Shown: positions 1 to 11,121 of the stretch, piece after piece
Numbering within the stretch: the stretch's first letter is position 1
How the letters are laid out: each line of letters opens with the position of its first letter
NCBI GenBank assembly: GCA_965223295.1
Contig: CBDCWC010000002.1
Span: 1,712,459 to 1,776,458 of the forward strand
Reading direction: 5' to 3'
DNA: 64,000 bases
From: Nitrospirales bacterium
GTDB lineage: Bacteria > Nitrospirota > Nitrospiria > Nitrospirales > UBA8639
Position numbers and translations under genes: made by a program
The notes under the pieces: model-generated
The model's database searches: none
What the model saw: only the letters and a program-made list of their open reading frames with translations
Told to the model about the DNA's origin: nothing

Positions 1-1189
1 AAAAAATTCGAACAAAAAACCCCGTGGCCATCAAGAGAGCTCCTAGTATCCAGTAGTAGTAGACCTCCACATCTGCAGCCTTCAAGGCACACCATAGAGA
101 CATCCACACCTTGCCCACCAACCAGCCAAACAAAAACAATCCTGGAAGACCGGAACCCATGGCGACCATGAGGTACCAATTATGAGGTTTTTCTGGAATT
201 TCTGGAATTGCAGTTTCTGTAGCCTCTAGTTGCTCAATATGGTCTCGGTGCTGCTGTTCAAAGATTGTCACTCCGTAACCCACTCCAGTAAAAGGATGAG
301 CGAGAATATCCGACAGACTCATTTCCCATACAGCTAAGCGGGATTTGATCGTCCAGGTATCCAACGTATCATGATGTAGACCGGTAGAAGGAAGGAGAAA
401 TATGATTATTGAAAAAAGAAGGAAGCCCAAACCAAAGGCCCAGTACGCCATTTTCTTATTGAAAAACCAACAAGCCAAAACTATTTGTGCAAAGAATCCC
501 AACCAGGCTCCTCGGCTATAAGAAAAAATCAATCCCAATAATGCAAACCATACCGCACAGGCCAATAAAACACGGACAAGTAAAGCTTCCATGATAAACA
601 ACCCTGTAACTAGGACCGGCAATACGATTAATACATTAGTACTGAGCCAGGTAAAATCAGCTCCATTAGACAGGGGAAATCCGGCGCGAACATTTCGATC
701 CCAAATGTTCCCCCCACGTTCCCAAAAATCAAAAAGAGAGTAACTACAGCAGAGGATCGTCCCCACACCAATGGTCATGAAAATCATTCGCCTAAAACCC
801 GACTCGGGCTGCTCTTTGACAATGAGACATGTTCCATAAAAGACTACAAACTGCGCTGCAACTTTTTGCCATTCCTTCAAACTGCTCCAAGGGTCAATGG
901 AAAAGGGAATCGTCAATGCTATCCAGACAACCAAACACAAAAATGGTGCGGCAATGGGAGTATGAATCCAGAGAGACTTGCCAGCCTGCCAACTCAGCAG
1001 AACCCCAATTCCAACGAGAATAAAGAACAGATACTCCTGAAGATGGAAGAGTCGGGGAGAGAATCCAAGCAACAGGACAAGACAAAGGCCCCATCCCAAC
1101 ATAGTCCAACTCAGATCTGGAGCGGATAAATCTTTAGCCCAAAACTTTCTGACTTGATTCACATCAGTGTGTATAGACATGATGCTCAT
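1..1189 (-). CDS. O-antigen ligase (Wzy_C/WaaL-like) family membrane protein; partial, 3' end runs off the window
   Basis: Not in the ORF track. Manual minus-strand translation from the ATG at 1189 (or 1180) gives a polytopic membrane protein with FSYSRGAWLG, HPFTGVGYG and PHNWYLMVAMGSGLPG motifs. It lies next to kdsD. Confidence 0.85.
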   Translation of the reverse strand, partial: MSIMSIHTDVNQVRKFWAKDLSAPDLSWTMLGWGLCLVLLLGFSPRLFHLQEYLFFILVGIGVLLSWQAGKSLWIHTPIAAPFLCLVVWIALTIPFSIDPWSSLKEWQKVAAQFVVFYGTCLIVKEQPESGFRRMIFMTIGVGTILCCSYSLFDFWERGGNIWDRNVRAGFPLSNGADFTWLSTNVLIVLPVLVTGLFIMEALLVRVLLACAVWFALLGLIFSYSRGAWLGFFAQIVLACWFFNKKMAYWAFGLGFLLFSIIIFLLPSTGLHHDTLDTWTIKSRLAVWEMSLSDILAHPFTGVGYGVTIFEQQHRDHIEQLEATETAIPEIPEKPHNWYLMVAMGSGLPGLFLFGWLVGKVWMSLWCALKAADVEVYYYWILGALLMATGFFVRIF

Positions 1190-1348
1190 TCACATGAGAA
1201 AGAAAAGACTAGAGCTCAGCTTCTCAACGACCCTCCTATTTTTGTGTCATTCGCCGCTAATTAATGGGGCAAGTAGATTCTTACTAAAAAACATGAACAC
1301 AATGAGTTCTGTTGATGAGCAAGTGCCAGGATATCAATCGCCTCGGCC

Positions 1349-2314
1349 CTATATGCCCCGTGCAATCAGATCATGCAGATGAATCATACCGATAACTTTT
1401 TCTTGGTGATCTAATACAGGCAAGACAGAAATGGGTTTTTCGCGTTTCTCCATAAACTCTAAAGCCTTAAAAGCTTTTTCATCTGCATAGACCCAGCTCG
1501 GCTTGGGATTCATCATGTCGGCAAGCGACAACGAAAACGGATCCCGTCCTTCTTCTAACGTCCGTCGAATATCGAAATCGGTAATGAGCCCCAACAAACG
1601 CTGCTGATCATCAATAATCGAAACAGCTCCCGCCCGTTTGCTTGTCATCTCAACAAGCATCGCCCGAAAAGACTCGGCTTTATCGATTACCGGGTTCGCT
1701 GCATCTTTGCGCATGCAATCCCCAACCGTGAGGAGCAATCGCTTGCCCAGTTGGCCACCGGGGTGAAACAACGCAAAATCTCCAGATTGAAAATTTCGAA
1801 GTTTCATAAGAGCTATGGCAATAGCATCACCTAAAACCAACGCCGCGGTTGTACTACAGGTTGGTGCCATGTTCAACGGACAGGCTTCTTCTTCAATGGG
1901 AGTGAGCAACACAACGTCGCTTCCGCATGCTAACGTGGATTCCGTTTTGGCAGTAATCGAAATTATTCTTGCACCTATCTTTCGAATAAAAGGGAGCACG
2001 GCCAGCACTTCTTCACTTTCTCCCGATTTTCCAATCGCAATCACAATATCCTCTTTTGCCACAATGCCAATATCCCCGTGCATCGCTTCAGACCCATGGA
2101 GAAACACGGCAGGCGTTCCCGTAGACACCATCGTAGCTGAAATTTTATTAGCAATTAGGCCAGATTTCCCCACACCCATGAGGATGACTTTCCCTTGACA
2201 AGCCTGTAACATTTTGACGGCTTCTTCGAACGGCGAAGTCAGACTGTCCTCTAAATCGTGGAGCGTCTTAGCCTCTAACAGAATGACGCGCCGCAATTCG
2301 TTGAGAATATCCAT
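1349..2314 (-). CDS. kdsD: Arabinose-5-phosphate isomerase, KdsD/GutQ family (SIS + CBS pair)
   Basis: Motifs GVGKSG, EAMHGDIG, KSGESEE, EEACPLNMAPTCST and FHPGGQLGK, with a C-terminal CBS pair. Confidence 0.93.
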   Translation of the reverse strand: MDILNELRRVILLEAKTLHDLEDSLTSPFEEAVKMLQACQGKVILMGVGKSGLIANKISATMVSTGTPAVFLHGSEAMHGDIGIVAKEDIVIAIGKSGESEEVLAVLPFIRKIGARIISITAKTESTLACGSDVVLLTPIEEEACPLNMAPTCSTTAALVLGDAIAIALMKLRNFQSGDFALFHPGGQLGKRLLLTVGDCMRKDAANPVIDKAESFRAMLVEMTSKRAGAVSIIDDQQRLLGLITDFDIRRTLEEGRDPFSLSLADMMNPKPSWVYADEKAFKALEFMEKREKPISVLPVLDHQEKVIGMIHLHDLIARGI

Positions 2315-2658
2315 ATGGCTACATGTTCAAAAAACTGTGAGACATTTAGTTTGGCACCTAGAAAATCATTTGAAGTACTATTCTTGTAAATTGAGAGGAA
2401 CAGGTAAACCCACTCTTATTTGGAAAGATTCAAAGACCACGATTCTATCAAACTAACTACAGAGGAGGGGGAACGTCTAACCAGTCTCGAGAATGGAACA
2501 TCTCCAGCAAAGAATATTCGAAGGACACCTATCAATGAATACATCAATTCTATAGTTTGGTCAACTCTACCTAAGTGATAATAGATTTTCATTCATAACA
2601 AATCCACTCAGCCAGGCATCTTCTTGTTCGCGCAAACATTAGGAAACACTTACGAATC

Positions 2659-3372
2659 ATGATCCCTGCACCGGCGACAAGATCAAAACGTCTCACAAGA
2701 AAATCGACACAACAGATTAAGCAAATGTATGAAGCCCTCGACTACAAAGGCCTCGGTCCGATTTATTGCGACGAAGGAGGTGACGAGTTTTGGGCCGATC
2801 GCCGCGAACCTTGTCAAAAATTGGGGAGCGCGATAGCCAGAGCCCTTAAGGTCCGCCTGCCACCGCATGGACGGAGCCTCTACGTCGGCGCGGGGGTCCC
2901 TGAGATTCCCCCTCTGTTAATGGAACATCTAGAACTGAACCGGACTGTCTGCCCGTATAATCTCCGACGAGGCGAAGTTGATATTCTCAATCGCGCAGGG
3001 AAGAAAAGTGGAGTATCATTCTCTTGCAATTCGGCCGAGTCCGCGACGGGAATATTTGACCACCTCTGGATCGTTAGCGTCTTGAATGATCCGGAGGAAT
3101 TTCCCACGCTCTCAGTCCTGTTTTCTTATGGTCGGGCAGACCCTCTAACGTTTGACACAACGGCTTTTTCTATTGAACGAGAAACAGGCATTCGCCTCTT
3201 TGCCAATTGTATGGCAAAACTGACACGCCCTGGATGGCTCACCACCTCAGTTGAAGAACTGCCTTGGGTTGAACATTGGTGTGAAGTCCAACATCGTTCC
3301 TACCACCTCGAAGAACCAATGTACCCCACAGCCCTTGTCGGCGATCCTGTGTGTTTTATTCGAATTGAATAA
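2659..3372 (+). CDS. Hypothetical protein, possibly with a degenerate SAM-methyltransferase fold
   Basis: 237-aa ORF with a motif-I-like LYVGAG, a 'FDHLW' strand and an 'LTRPGWL' segment. Confidence 0.6.
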   Translation: MIPAPATRSKRLTRKSTQQIKQMYEALDYKGLGPIYCDEGGDEFWADRREPCQKLGSAIARALKVRLPPHGRSLYVGAGVPEIPPLLMEHLELNRTVCPYNLRRGEVDILNRAGKKSGVSFSCNSAESATGIFDHLWIVSVLNDPEEFPTLSVLFSYGRADPLTFDTTAFSIERETGIRLFANCMAKLTRPGWLTTSVEELPWVEHWCEVQHRSYHLEEPMYPTALVGDPVCFIRIE

Positions 3373-3434
3373 GGATTAAAGATGGACCTCATGTTCGCCT
3401 TTTCAGTGTAGATGGGATCAGACAAAGACAGACC

Positions 3435-4403
3435 ATGAACCCACCAATACCAGTCGGGCTGATCGGACTAGGACGGCATGGCCGCCGATATCTTCGTCAT
3501 CTGATGGAAGAAGACACTAGCGGACAACTCGTGGCGATAAGCCGTCAACAAAGAGAAGAAGGACAGCGCCAAGCAGCCCAGCACCGGGTTAAATTCTTCC
3601 CTAACTATCGAGACCTGATCGCCGACCCAGCTATTAAGGCGATCTTGGTAGTGGTCCCGCCAGAAATGCACAGGCCAATTGCCTTGGAAACCATTCGTCA
3701 CCGCAAAGCCCTACTCCTGGAAAAGCCCTTAGCGTTGAATTCGAATGAGGGAAGGCAGATTGTCGAAGCGGCACACACAGCAGGCGTCCCTCTGATGACA
3801 GGACACACCCTGCGATACGATCCTGTCATTCAAAACATTCAAGAAAATGCCTCCACGCTCGGCCCCTGGAAGTCCTTACGTGGAACCATGCACTTGGAAG
3901 AACAGCCAGAAGCAAAGACCGGCCCAAAACCCGGACATGGTGTTCTCCTGGATATTGGCATTCATTTGTTGGACTGGATGCGCATGATGCTGCCGAAAGA
4001 ACCACTCACCGTATCGGCCAAGATGACGCGCTCATCCATAGACATACCTGAAGTGCAAGCAAAAATCATCCTGACAACACCATCGGGTCGTACCTGTCAC
4101 CTGAATATCGCTAGAGTACGCACAAAGCGAGTTACACACATTGAAGTTCTGGGAAAAACAAGACGTATTCGAGGTGATTGGACAAATGGTCAGATACAAA
4201 TCTTTGAGCAAGAGACACTTATATCTGATAACATCGTGCCACCTATGTCCACGATCGTACACATGCTCAACGATTTTTTTCAAACACTTCAAGCAGATCA
4301 GCCTCCTCCCATTACGGGAGAAGAGGGCCTGCGAGCCGTAGAATTAACAGAGGCTTGCTATCAAGCAGCGCAAACGGGTCAACACATTTCTTTTCCGCAA
4401 TAA
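3435..4403 (+). CDS. Gfo/Idh/MocA family NAD(P)-dependent oxidoreductase
   Basis: VGLIGLGRHG Rossmann motif, LLEKPLA, GVLLDIGIHLLD. Confidence 0.9.
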   Translation: MNPPIPVGLIGLGRHGRRYLRHLMEEDTSGQLVAISRQQREEGQRQAAQHRVKFFPNYRDLIADPAIKAILVVVPPEMHRPIALETIRHRKALLLEKPLALNSNEGRQIVEAAHTAGVPLMTGHTLRYDPVIQNIQENASTLGPWKSLRGTMHLEEQPEAKTGPKPGHGVLLDIGIHLLDWMRMMLPKEPLTVSAKMTRSSIDIPEVQAKIILTTPSGRTCHLNIARVRTKRVTHIEVLGKTRRIRGDWTNGQIQIFEQETLISDNIVPPMSTIVHMLNDFFQTLQADQPPPITGEEGLRAVELTEACYQAAQTGQHISFPQ

Positions 4404-4413
4404 AGCACTCCTG

Positions 4414-5106
4414 TTACGACTTTCCACCGGGCATCTGCATTCGCCAATTCTTATAGACTATCTGAATGGAACGCCCCTGTTCACGAAAGACCGCTTCGGC
4501 CTTTTTATAGAGTTCAGCAACCAACTCCCAGTCAGCACGACTGACATTAAATGCCTGCAAGGCCAACGCGATGTTCGGTTCTTCCCACAGCGGATGCTTC
4601 TGATCATAGCCTATCAGCACAGCCAAGGCCCGCTCCGTTAACCCTTCTTCCCTCTTCGGTCCGTTCCCTTGTTCCTCATCTTGATTTTCCCAGTCCGCCT
4701 CAGCAGCTGTCCAATAGGCGGCAACTTCTGATGATGTCGATTTCGTAAAAGTCGACTGCAATTGAATCAGCGCATGAATCACTTGGTTAGCTTGAGCAGT
4801 TCCCTCGGGAGGTAAGATGCCAGCTTCATCAAAGGTAGCCAACAATGCCATAATCGTTCCGACCATCTTTGAACTGGTTCGCTTCGCTATAAAGACTCTG
4901 TGCGATATGTTCGAATCTTGCGGAACAACGTTCCTACCTGATTTCTCCAGCGTCGTGAACATTCGTCCAGCTTGACCAATGTCTGAATGTAAGAAGACCA
5001 CATGAATCAATAGCCACAAAAAAACTGCATGTGATCCAACCCGCCAGCGAGATTGGAAAGTATTAAAAAGTATGACCTGGTTTTGGTTTTTCAGGATTGT
5101 CCTCAT
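4414..5106 (-). CDS. Hypothetical protein, probably exported or membrane-anchored (start uncertain)
   Basis: 230-aa ORF with an N-terminal hydrophobic stretch and no recognised domain. Confidence 0.55.
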   Translation of the reverse strand: MRTILKNQNQVILFNTFQSRWRVGSHAVFLWLLIHVVFLHSDIGQAGRMFTTLEKSGRNVVPQDSNISHRVFIAKRTSSKMVGTIMALLATFDEAGILPPEGTAQANQVIHALIQLQSTFTKSTSSEVAAYWTAAEADWENQDEEQGNGPKREEGLTERALAVLIGYDQKHPLWEEPNIALALQAFNVSRADWELVAELYKKAEAVFREQGRSIQIVYKNWRMQMPGGKS

Positions 5107-5153
5107 TATCCATTCAAGGGTACTATGATACGTCCTCGCCTTAATTTAGGAAA

Positions 5154-6080
5154 ATGTCGCTCATGTCATCGCCCCACGTCCCATCTCCTGCCAATTCTAA
5201 TCTTCAGCGCTCCTTACAATATTACCAAAAGGGAGTACTCCAACCAGAAGCCTGGTTCAAAATTGTCGAACAGGACTACAGACAACTCATCGCGGCCATT
5301 AATTGGTTAGAGGTGTTCAAGCCCCCACGTACCGAATTTCATGTATTGGACGTGGGATGTGGGACAGGACGTTTTCCTTCATTGCTTCGCTCCCAACTCC
5401 CGTCGACCCTTCGCATTCATTACGACTATCTTGACCCCTCTCATTATAGTTTGGCCATGTGCCAGAAGGCACTCCAACCGCCATTCATCCCACATAATAG
5501 CTGGCAAACAACTCTGGAACATTCCCAGAAGATTCTCAGCTTTGGCATCTATGACATCGCCTGGGCTATTCAGTCCCTCTATTGCCTTGAAGATGCCCAT
5601 ACCCATGCAGCTTTGAAACAGCTAATGCAAGCACTTCATCCCATGCGGGGAACAGCCTGCCTTGTCCTCGCGAGACACGACGCATTTTTTCCTCAAGTCC
5701 ATCAAATGTTTTATGAACATTGCTCAGAGCACACTCCACCACCCTATTTGTCAGCCGAATCCGCTGTGGCGACCTTGGAGGAATTAGGGGCGACAAACAT
5801 TATCCGCGAACTGCCCTGTACCCACACCATTTCTATCAGAGAAGACCGCCTGTTAGAACAATACCTACAACAAAGCGTCATGGACACTATGCCGCTCCCA
5901 AAATGGCGCCAACATGCCCCATTACGGGATTTCTTGGAATCCCATCGCCATGATGACGTCTATCAATTTCCAAACACTTATTGGCTCATTTTCAGTATTC
6001 CATCTTCTGCTGGGGCTGCAGGGAAGGACCGACTACAAACGTACCTGACCTCAGTTACCCCACCAGCGCAGACAAGATAA
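5154..6080 (+). CDS. Class I SAM-dependent methyltransferase
   Basis: VLDVGCGTG motif I, YLDPS, YDIAWAIQSLY. Confidence 0.85.
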   Translation: MSLMSSPHVPSPANSNLQRSLQYYQKGVLQPEAWFKIVEQDYRQLIAAINWLEVFKPPRTEFHVLDVGCGTGRFPSLLRSQLPSTLRIHYDYLDPSHYSLAMCQKALQPPFIPHNSWQTTLEHSQKILSFGIYDIAWAIQSLYCLEDAHTHAALKQLMQALHPMRGTACLVLARHDAFFPQVHQMFYEHCSEHTPPPYLSAESAVATLEELGATNIIRELPCTHTISIREDRLLEQYLQQSVMDTMPLPKWRQHAPLRDFLESHRHDDVYQFPNTYWLIFSIPSSAGAAGKDRLQTYLTSVTPPAQTR

Positions 6081-6263
6081 GTCTCTGAAAAAGATCGGAT
6101 TTAGCACATTGACCCCTCTAGTAAAGTTGTGAGACATTCAGACGTTTAGGGCATATGATGGACAATTTTGCCCAATCAACTTCAAGAATTTTCTGCATCT
6201 CCTAGATCATCTCAACCTGATAATCCTAGGGCACTATCGACCAATCATAAGGAGTGTACATTC

Positions 6264-7937
6264 ATGTCGGACTCGCTCAAACACCAGAGTAAAACCTTAA
6301 CCGAAGGACCTGACCGCGCACCTGCTAGAGCAATGTTACGAGCAGTGGGGTTGGTCGATGAAGACTTCAATAAACCCTTAATTGCCGTGGCCAATACCTG
6401 GTCGGAAATCACCCCCTGTAACTATCACCTTCGGGATCTGGCCAATAGCGTCAAACAAGGCATTCGCGATGCCGGAGGGACCCCCATCGAATTCAACACG
6501 ATCGTGGTGTCCGACGGCATCAGTATGGGGACAGAAGGCATGAAAGCTTCTCTCATCAGCCGGGAGGTCGTGGCCGATTCTATCGAACTGGCCGTCCGTG
6601 GACACCTTTTTGACGGCGTCATTGCACTTTCGGGTTGCGACAAAACCATTCCCGGCTGCGTGATGGCATTAGCCAGGCTGAATCTTCCCTCGCTCATGCT
6701 CTATGGCGGCTCCATCATGCCAGGAGAATTTCATGGCAAACCCGTCTCCATTCAAGATGTTTTCGAAGCCGTTGGTTCCCATGCCCGTGGGAAAATGAGT
6801 ACCGAAGAGCTCACAGAATTAGAACGCCGTGCATGCCCAGGGGCTGGAGCTTGCGGCGGGCAATTTACGGCCAATACTATGGCCATAGCGTTTGAATTTT
6901 TGGGCATTTCACCTATGGGCTTCAATGGCATTCCTGCCCTAGACCCAAAGAAACATGAGGCGGCCAAAGAATGTGGGAAATTGTTGATCAATCTGTTGAA
7001 AAAAAGTCTCCGCCCCACAGACATCATCACTCGCACCGCACTGGAAAATGCCATTGCCGCTATCGCCACAACCGGTGGTTCAACCAATGGTGTGTTGCAT
7101 TTACTCTCTATTGCCCATGAACTATCCGTTCCCTTGACGATCGATGACTTTGATACGATCAACCGGAAAGTCCCCTTATTGGCCGATTTGAAGCCAGGCG
7201 GGCAGTATATGGCCGCGGATCTCTATCGAGCTGGCGGAACGCCTCTTGTAGCCAAATGGCTCATCGAAGCAGGACATCTTCAAGGAGAGCAGATCACCGT
7301 CACGGGCAACACTCTCAAGGAGGAAGCGGCTTCAGCTCAAGAAACAGCAGGTCAGCAGGTCCTTCACCGGGTTGCCACTCCGATCAAACCCAGCGGAGGC
7401 CTGGTCATCTTAAAAGGCAATCTGGCCCCGGAAGGTTGTGTCGTCAAAGTCGCAGGGCACAAAAAACTCATTCATAAAGGGCCGGCTAAAGTGTTTGAGG
7501 GGGAAGAGGAGGCTTTTCAAGCCGTCCAACAGGGGAGCATCAAAGACGGCGATGTTGTCGTGATTCGTTACGAAGGCCCTCAAGGAGGACCAGGGATGCG
7601 GGAAATGTTGGGCGTTACCAGCGCCATCGTCGGAGCGGGTTTAGGCGAATCCGTTGCTCTTCTCACAGACGGACGCTTTTCCGGAGCCACGCATGGACTC
7701 ATGGCCGGGCATGTCGCACCCGAAGCCGCTAAAGGCGGTCCCATTGCCGCCGTCAAGAACGGGGACATCATCAATATGGATATCACCAACCGCCGCCTGG
7801 ATGTAGAACTATCAGACCAAGAAATCCAAACCAGGCTCACAAAATGGACGCCGCCCAAACCGCACTACGCCAGCGGCGTCATGGCCAAATACGCCAAACT
7901 CGTCTCTTCCGCCTCTCAAGGCGCGGTCACAAGTTGA
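6264..7937 (+). CDS. ilvD: Dihydroxy-acid dehydratase
   Basis: [36 protein letters not shown] and TDGRFSG motifs. Start moved to the ATG at 6264, behind an AGGAG RBS. Confidence 0.96.
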   Translation: MSDSLKHQSKTLTEGPDRAPARAMLRAVGLVDEDFNKPLIAVANTWSEITPCNYHLRDLANSVKQGIRDAGGTPIEFNTIVVSDGISMGTEGMKASLISREVVADSIELAVRGHLFDGVIALSGCDKTIPGCVMALARLNLPSLMLYGGSIMPGEFHGKPVSIQDVFEAVGSHARGKMSTEELTELERRACPGAGACGGQFTANTMAIAFEFLGISPMGFNGIPALDPKKHEAAKECGKLLINLLKKSLRPTDIITRTALENAIAAIATTGGSTNGVLHLLSIAHELSVPLTIDDFDTINRKVPLLADLKPGGQYMAADLYRAGGTPLVAKWLIEAGHLQGEQITVTGNTLKEEAASAQETAGQQVLHRVATPIKPSGGLVILKGNLAPEGCVVKVAGHKKLIHKGPAKVFEGEEEAFQAVQQGSIKDGDVVVIRYEGPQGGPGMREMLGVTSAIVGAGLGESVALLTDGRFSGATHGLMAGHVAPEAAKGGPIAAVKNGDIINMDITNRRLDVELSDQEIQTRLTKWTPPKPHYASGVMAKYAKLVSSASQGAVTS

Positions 7938-8005
7938 GAATCGCTTGCTCAGCCTATTGGCCTGACCAAGGTGCAGGGTCAAATTCAGATAGAAAACCTA
8001 CCACA

Positions 8006-9298
8006 CTATTTTTTGAGAAGGACATTGGTCTTTTTTTGTGCGATTTGGACGGTTTGGAAGGCACGGTCTTTTTGACCGAGCGGGGCATCCTGTTCAATCG
8101 CCTTGAGGAACTCTTGAGGGCCATGAACCGGAGCATAGGTGAGAGTCACGATTACATCCATAGAAGGAGCATCTTTAGGTGTTGGGAAGGAGAAAGTTTC
8201 CTTTCGTGTTTCTTCCGGCTGGAGCAGCGTATCTTGTAAGACCTTTTTGGCTTCGAAATCCAAGACTGTTTCTTTGCCGTCTGCCCCACCAAAGACTCGC
8301 TGATAGAATCGCTGTTCGTTATAGACCGTCTTAAGATTCTTCCCCTTAACGGTCAGATCAACGACCACCCGTGACCATCCAGGATGGGGTAACGGCAAAT
8401 TATGCGGCACAAGACTTTTGATGGTGACATCGACTTGAGAGGTTTTGCCCTTGACCGTGGAGGAAAAATCCAGCTCGACCGCCTCTGCCCGGACTTTGCC
8501 AAATCTTCCCGGAAAGCTGTGATTCGCCACTTTTCTAATTTTTTCACCATTGGCTGACTCAGCAACTGCCTCAGGCATATGACAGGATTGACAAGGCTTT
8601 CCACTTTTCTCCGCTTGCGATTCTTTCCATGTTCCTAACCAACCGGGCAAATCCTTGGCAGATTGGGCGGTTTTTGGCAAGCTATCATGGCATGTGACAC
8701 AAAATTGTGAACTTCCGAACAACTCAAGTTTCTGAGATTGATGAGCTAAATTTTCAGCCGCTTTGTCATAGTTCCCAAAGATGGTTGTGCCCAATTGAAA
8801 CGTGGGAATCGGAGGATGGGCATTAGCATCCACATCATGAATCAAATGACATTGCGGACATCCAACTCCATCCATGTGTGGATCTTTGGATTCAACTTCC
8901 TTAATAAATCGAGGTAAGAGTTCGCTATATTCGGCAATATGCGGGGCATGACACTGAAAACACATCGCGCGATCTTTTTTGTCTGCCTTGGCTAAATACC
9001 GCTCTAAGGTGATGCGAAATGGCGCGGAGACGATGGAACGAGATTGGGCTGAAGCTTCCCATTCTTCAAAGGCACGGAGATGACAACGTTTGCACTTTTC
9101 TGAATTTGGGAATGCTTTCTCCACGGGTTTTTTCGCAGCCATCACCGAAGGAACACACACAGCCAATATGACAGCGATCAAAACGCTACAAATTTTTGCT
9201 ATTTGTACATTTCTACCCCACCTATGTCCTCTCAGCACAACGGGGTGAAAACTAAAATCTTGCCAAACGGAAAAAATCTGTAGAGTCTTCTTATCCAT
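8006..9298 (-). CDS. Periplasmic multiheme (5 x CxxCH) cytochrome c, c554/c552-like, with a C-terminal beta-rich domain (true start probably downstream of 9298)
   Basis: CKRCH, CFQCH, CPQCH, CVTCH and CQSCH; signal-like hydrophobic segment. Confidence 0.88.
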   Translation of the reverse strand: MDKKTLQIFSVWQDFSFHPVVLRGHRWGRNVQIAKICSVLIAVILAVCVPSVMAAKKPVEKAFPNSEKCKRCHLRAFEEWEASAQSRSIVSAPFRITLERYLAKADKKDRAMCFQCHAPHIAEYSELLPRFIKEVESKDPHMDGVGCPQCHLIHDVDANAHPPIPTFQLGTTIFGNYDKAAENLAHQSQKLELFGSSQFCVTCHDSLPKTAQSAKDLPGWLGTWKESQAEKSGKPCQSCHMPEAVAESANGEKIRKVANHSFPGRFGKVRAEAVELDFSSTVKGKTSQVDVTIKSLVPHNLPLPHPGWSRVVVDLTVKGKNLKTVYNEQRFYQRVFGGADGKETVLDFEAKKVLQDTLLQPEETRKETFSFPTPKDAPSMDVIVTLTYAPVHGPQEFLKAIEQDAPLGQKDRAFQTVQIAQKKTNVLLKK

Positions 9299-9323
9299 AT
9301 AATCTTCTAATCGAATAAAGTGC

Positions 9324-10652
9324 TTATAAGTTCATGGTCCGAAACGTGAGCAATCGAGGAGTGGCATAATCATTGATAATCGCTTCGGCTTTTTCACGGT
9401 CTTTTTCATCGGGCAACGTGGCAAAATAGGCTTCTTTCAACTCTCCAGTTGGTTTCGGAATCAAAGCATAATTAAGAGCCGCTTCAATTAACAATCCCTG
9501 CGTATCTTGTGGAGCCTTCAAGGAAAAAGGAATATGGCGGGTTGTTCCCCCATTCACCAAAGGCCGTGGGATCGGACCGCGCAACAACTCTTCAAACGTT
9601 TTTCCAAACCGTTCGGTATATTGATCGACGACCTGCCCATCGGCCGATTTGAGTGTCACGGTCACAAAAAATTGCTTCAAGACCGGGTCTCCACCGGGAA
9701 ACGTATGTGGAAGGGCTCCATTTTTTACAAGCACTTCACCTTCAATAACTCCCTGACCAGGCTTTGCGTCAATGTCTACCCGCGAAAACCATTCGGCCTG
9801 TAGATTACGATTGCTCAACATGATGCCTGGAATCACAATCCCCTGAAACCAATGACGCCCAATCGGACGCGTTAAGGCCCCTCGTTGCGAGGTGGAACTA
9901 CCCGTTGATTGTTCCATATGACAATCCTGACAAATCGTGCCCTTCAGAATTTGCCCAGGAATATCTTCCCGCATCACATCTTTGACTTTACCAAAATGAC
10001 ACGAGGCACAGTAATGCGCGCCTTTATAGATATCAGCCTGTTTAGACGGATGAACAAGGTTTTCTTCAGGTTCCGCATAGGGACCAAAAATCGCCTCACC
10101 TGAGGAAATTTTAAATGTGGGATGCCCATTCGGATTTTCCTGGGTCCCGGAAATTAAATGGCAGGCGCTACAACTAATGCCTTCGACCTTTACATGTTTC
10201 CTGCCTTTCATAACTTGATCAATAATGCGATCAGTATATTGTGGAAACACCGTAACGGAAGGCGCATGGCAGGAAAGACAACGGTTCCGTTCGTCAGCAT
10301 TGGGTTTAGTCTGCAACCACAAACCCAATACGGTTTGAAACACAGGAGAAGTCAGCGCGGTACCATGCAAGAGAGCCCCATCCACACGACCAAAGGTTTT
10401 GAGATCCATAGTCTGCTCACGCATGCCTTTCCATTCTTCATAATGGCGATCATGGCATTGCTTGCATTGTTCGGATGGAATAAAGATTTCTTCAATCTCT
10501 TCCATCCAACTACGTTCTCCAGCCTCAGAAGATGGTGCTAGTTCTTGTGCGGCTACGAATCCAGCCAAGCTCAGGCCCACGAGGATACTCCCCAAGAGAA
10601 TTCGAGCAAAGGGGCACACCCCAATCTTCCGAAAATCATCGCTCTTTATCAT
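9324..10652 (-). CDS. Periplasmic multiheme (5 x CxxCH) cytochrome c, paralogue of the downstream gene
   Basis: CKQCH, CLSCH, CSACH, CASCH and CQDCH; signal peptide. Confidence 0.88.
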   Translation of the reverse strand: MIKSDDFRKIGVCPFARILLGSILVGLSLAGFVAAQELAPSSEAGERSWMEEIEEIFIPSEQCKQCHDRHYEEWKGMREQTMDLKTFGRVDGALLHGTALTSPVFQTVLGLWLQTKPNADERNRCLSCHAPSVTVFPQYTDRIIDQVMKGRKHVKVEGISCSACHLISGTQENPNGHPTFKISSGEAIFGPYAEPEENLVHPSKQADIYKGAHYCASCHFGKVKDVMREDIPGQILKGTICQDCHMEQSTGSSTSQRGALTRPIGRHWFQGIVIPGIMLSNRNLQAEWFSRVDIDAKPGQGVIEGEVLVKNGALPHTFPGGDPVLKQFFVTVTLKSADGQVVDQYTERFGKTFEELLRGPIPRPLVNGGTTRHIPFSLKAPQDTQGLLIEAALNYALIPKPTGELKEAYFATLPDEKDREKAEAIINDYATPRLLTFRTMNL

Positions 10653-10661
10653 GAATACCCG

Positions 10662-11114
10662 TTAATCCTGCAAAATGCGTACAAAATGAAAATTCAACCC
10701 TCCGGTGACTCCGACACCCGTCATAGGCTCATAGGTCGCAACTGTGAAATTCTGAGTTGGTAATGTCTTTTCCAAAGCTCGTCCCAAATCCAACAAGGTA
10801 CGAATTTCAAAAGTGTCAACTTCTTTAATCACAGCTTTGACCTTAATACCTGAAAGTTCTGCTGGCGACCCCCCGATAACCGCGAAAACCACGACCCCTT
10901 CGGCTTTCGTCAGTCCGAGTATTTCTTGAATTTCCTCGTCAACTTCTCCAACATCCACACCAAATTGCTCAGCCAGGGCTAAAGCCTTTTCTTCGGTCAT
11001 CGAACTCGTGTCTGACTCTGCAAAGACGGGAAGAGACGTCATCTCGAATCCTATTAACAAACACAAAATGAATAAGAGGGTGGGATTTGTTATTCCAGAA
11101 AAATGAGGTCTCAT
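10662..11114 (-). CDS. Exported PDZ-domain protein
   Basis: GVVVFAVIGGSPAELSGIKVKAVIKEVD PDZ pattern. Start moved to the ATG at 11114, just after the upstream stop at 11122. Confidence 0.75.
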   Translation of the reverse strand: MRPHFSGITNPTLLFILCLLIGFEMTSLPVFAESDTSSMTEEKALALAEQFGVDVGEVDEEIQEILGLTKAEGVVVFAVIGGSPAELSGIKVKAVIKEVDTFEIRTLLDLGRALEKTLPTQNFTVATYEPMTGVGVTGGLNFHFVRILQD

Positions 11115-11121
11115 GTATTCC

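Noticed and set aside
829-1382. Short ORFs listed in the track
   Set aside because: They are shadows of the O-antigen ligase gene or intergenic noise
6168-6263. N-terminal extensions in the ORF track (also 11115-11270, 37427-37507 and 50739-50840)
   Set aside because: Better RBS-supported downstream starts exist, and the extensions overlap neighbouring genes or intergenic signals
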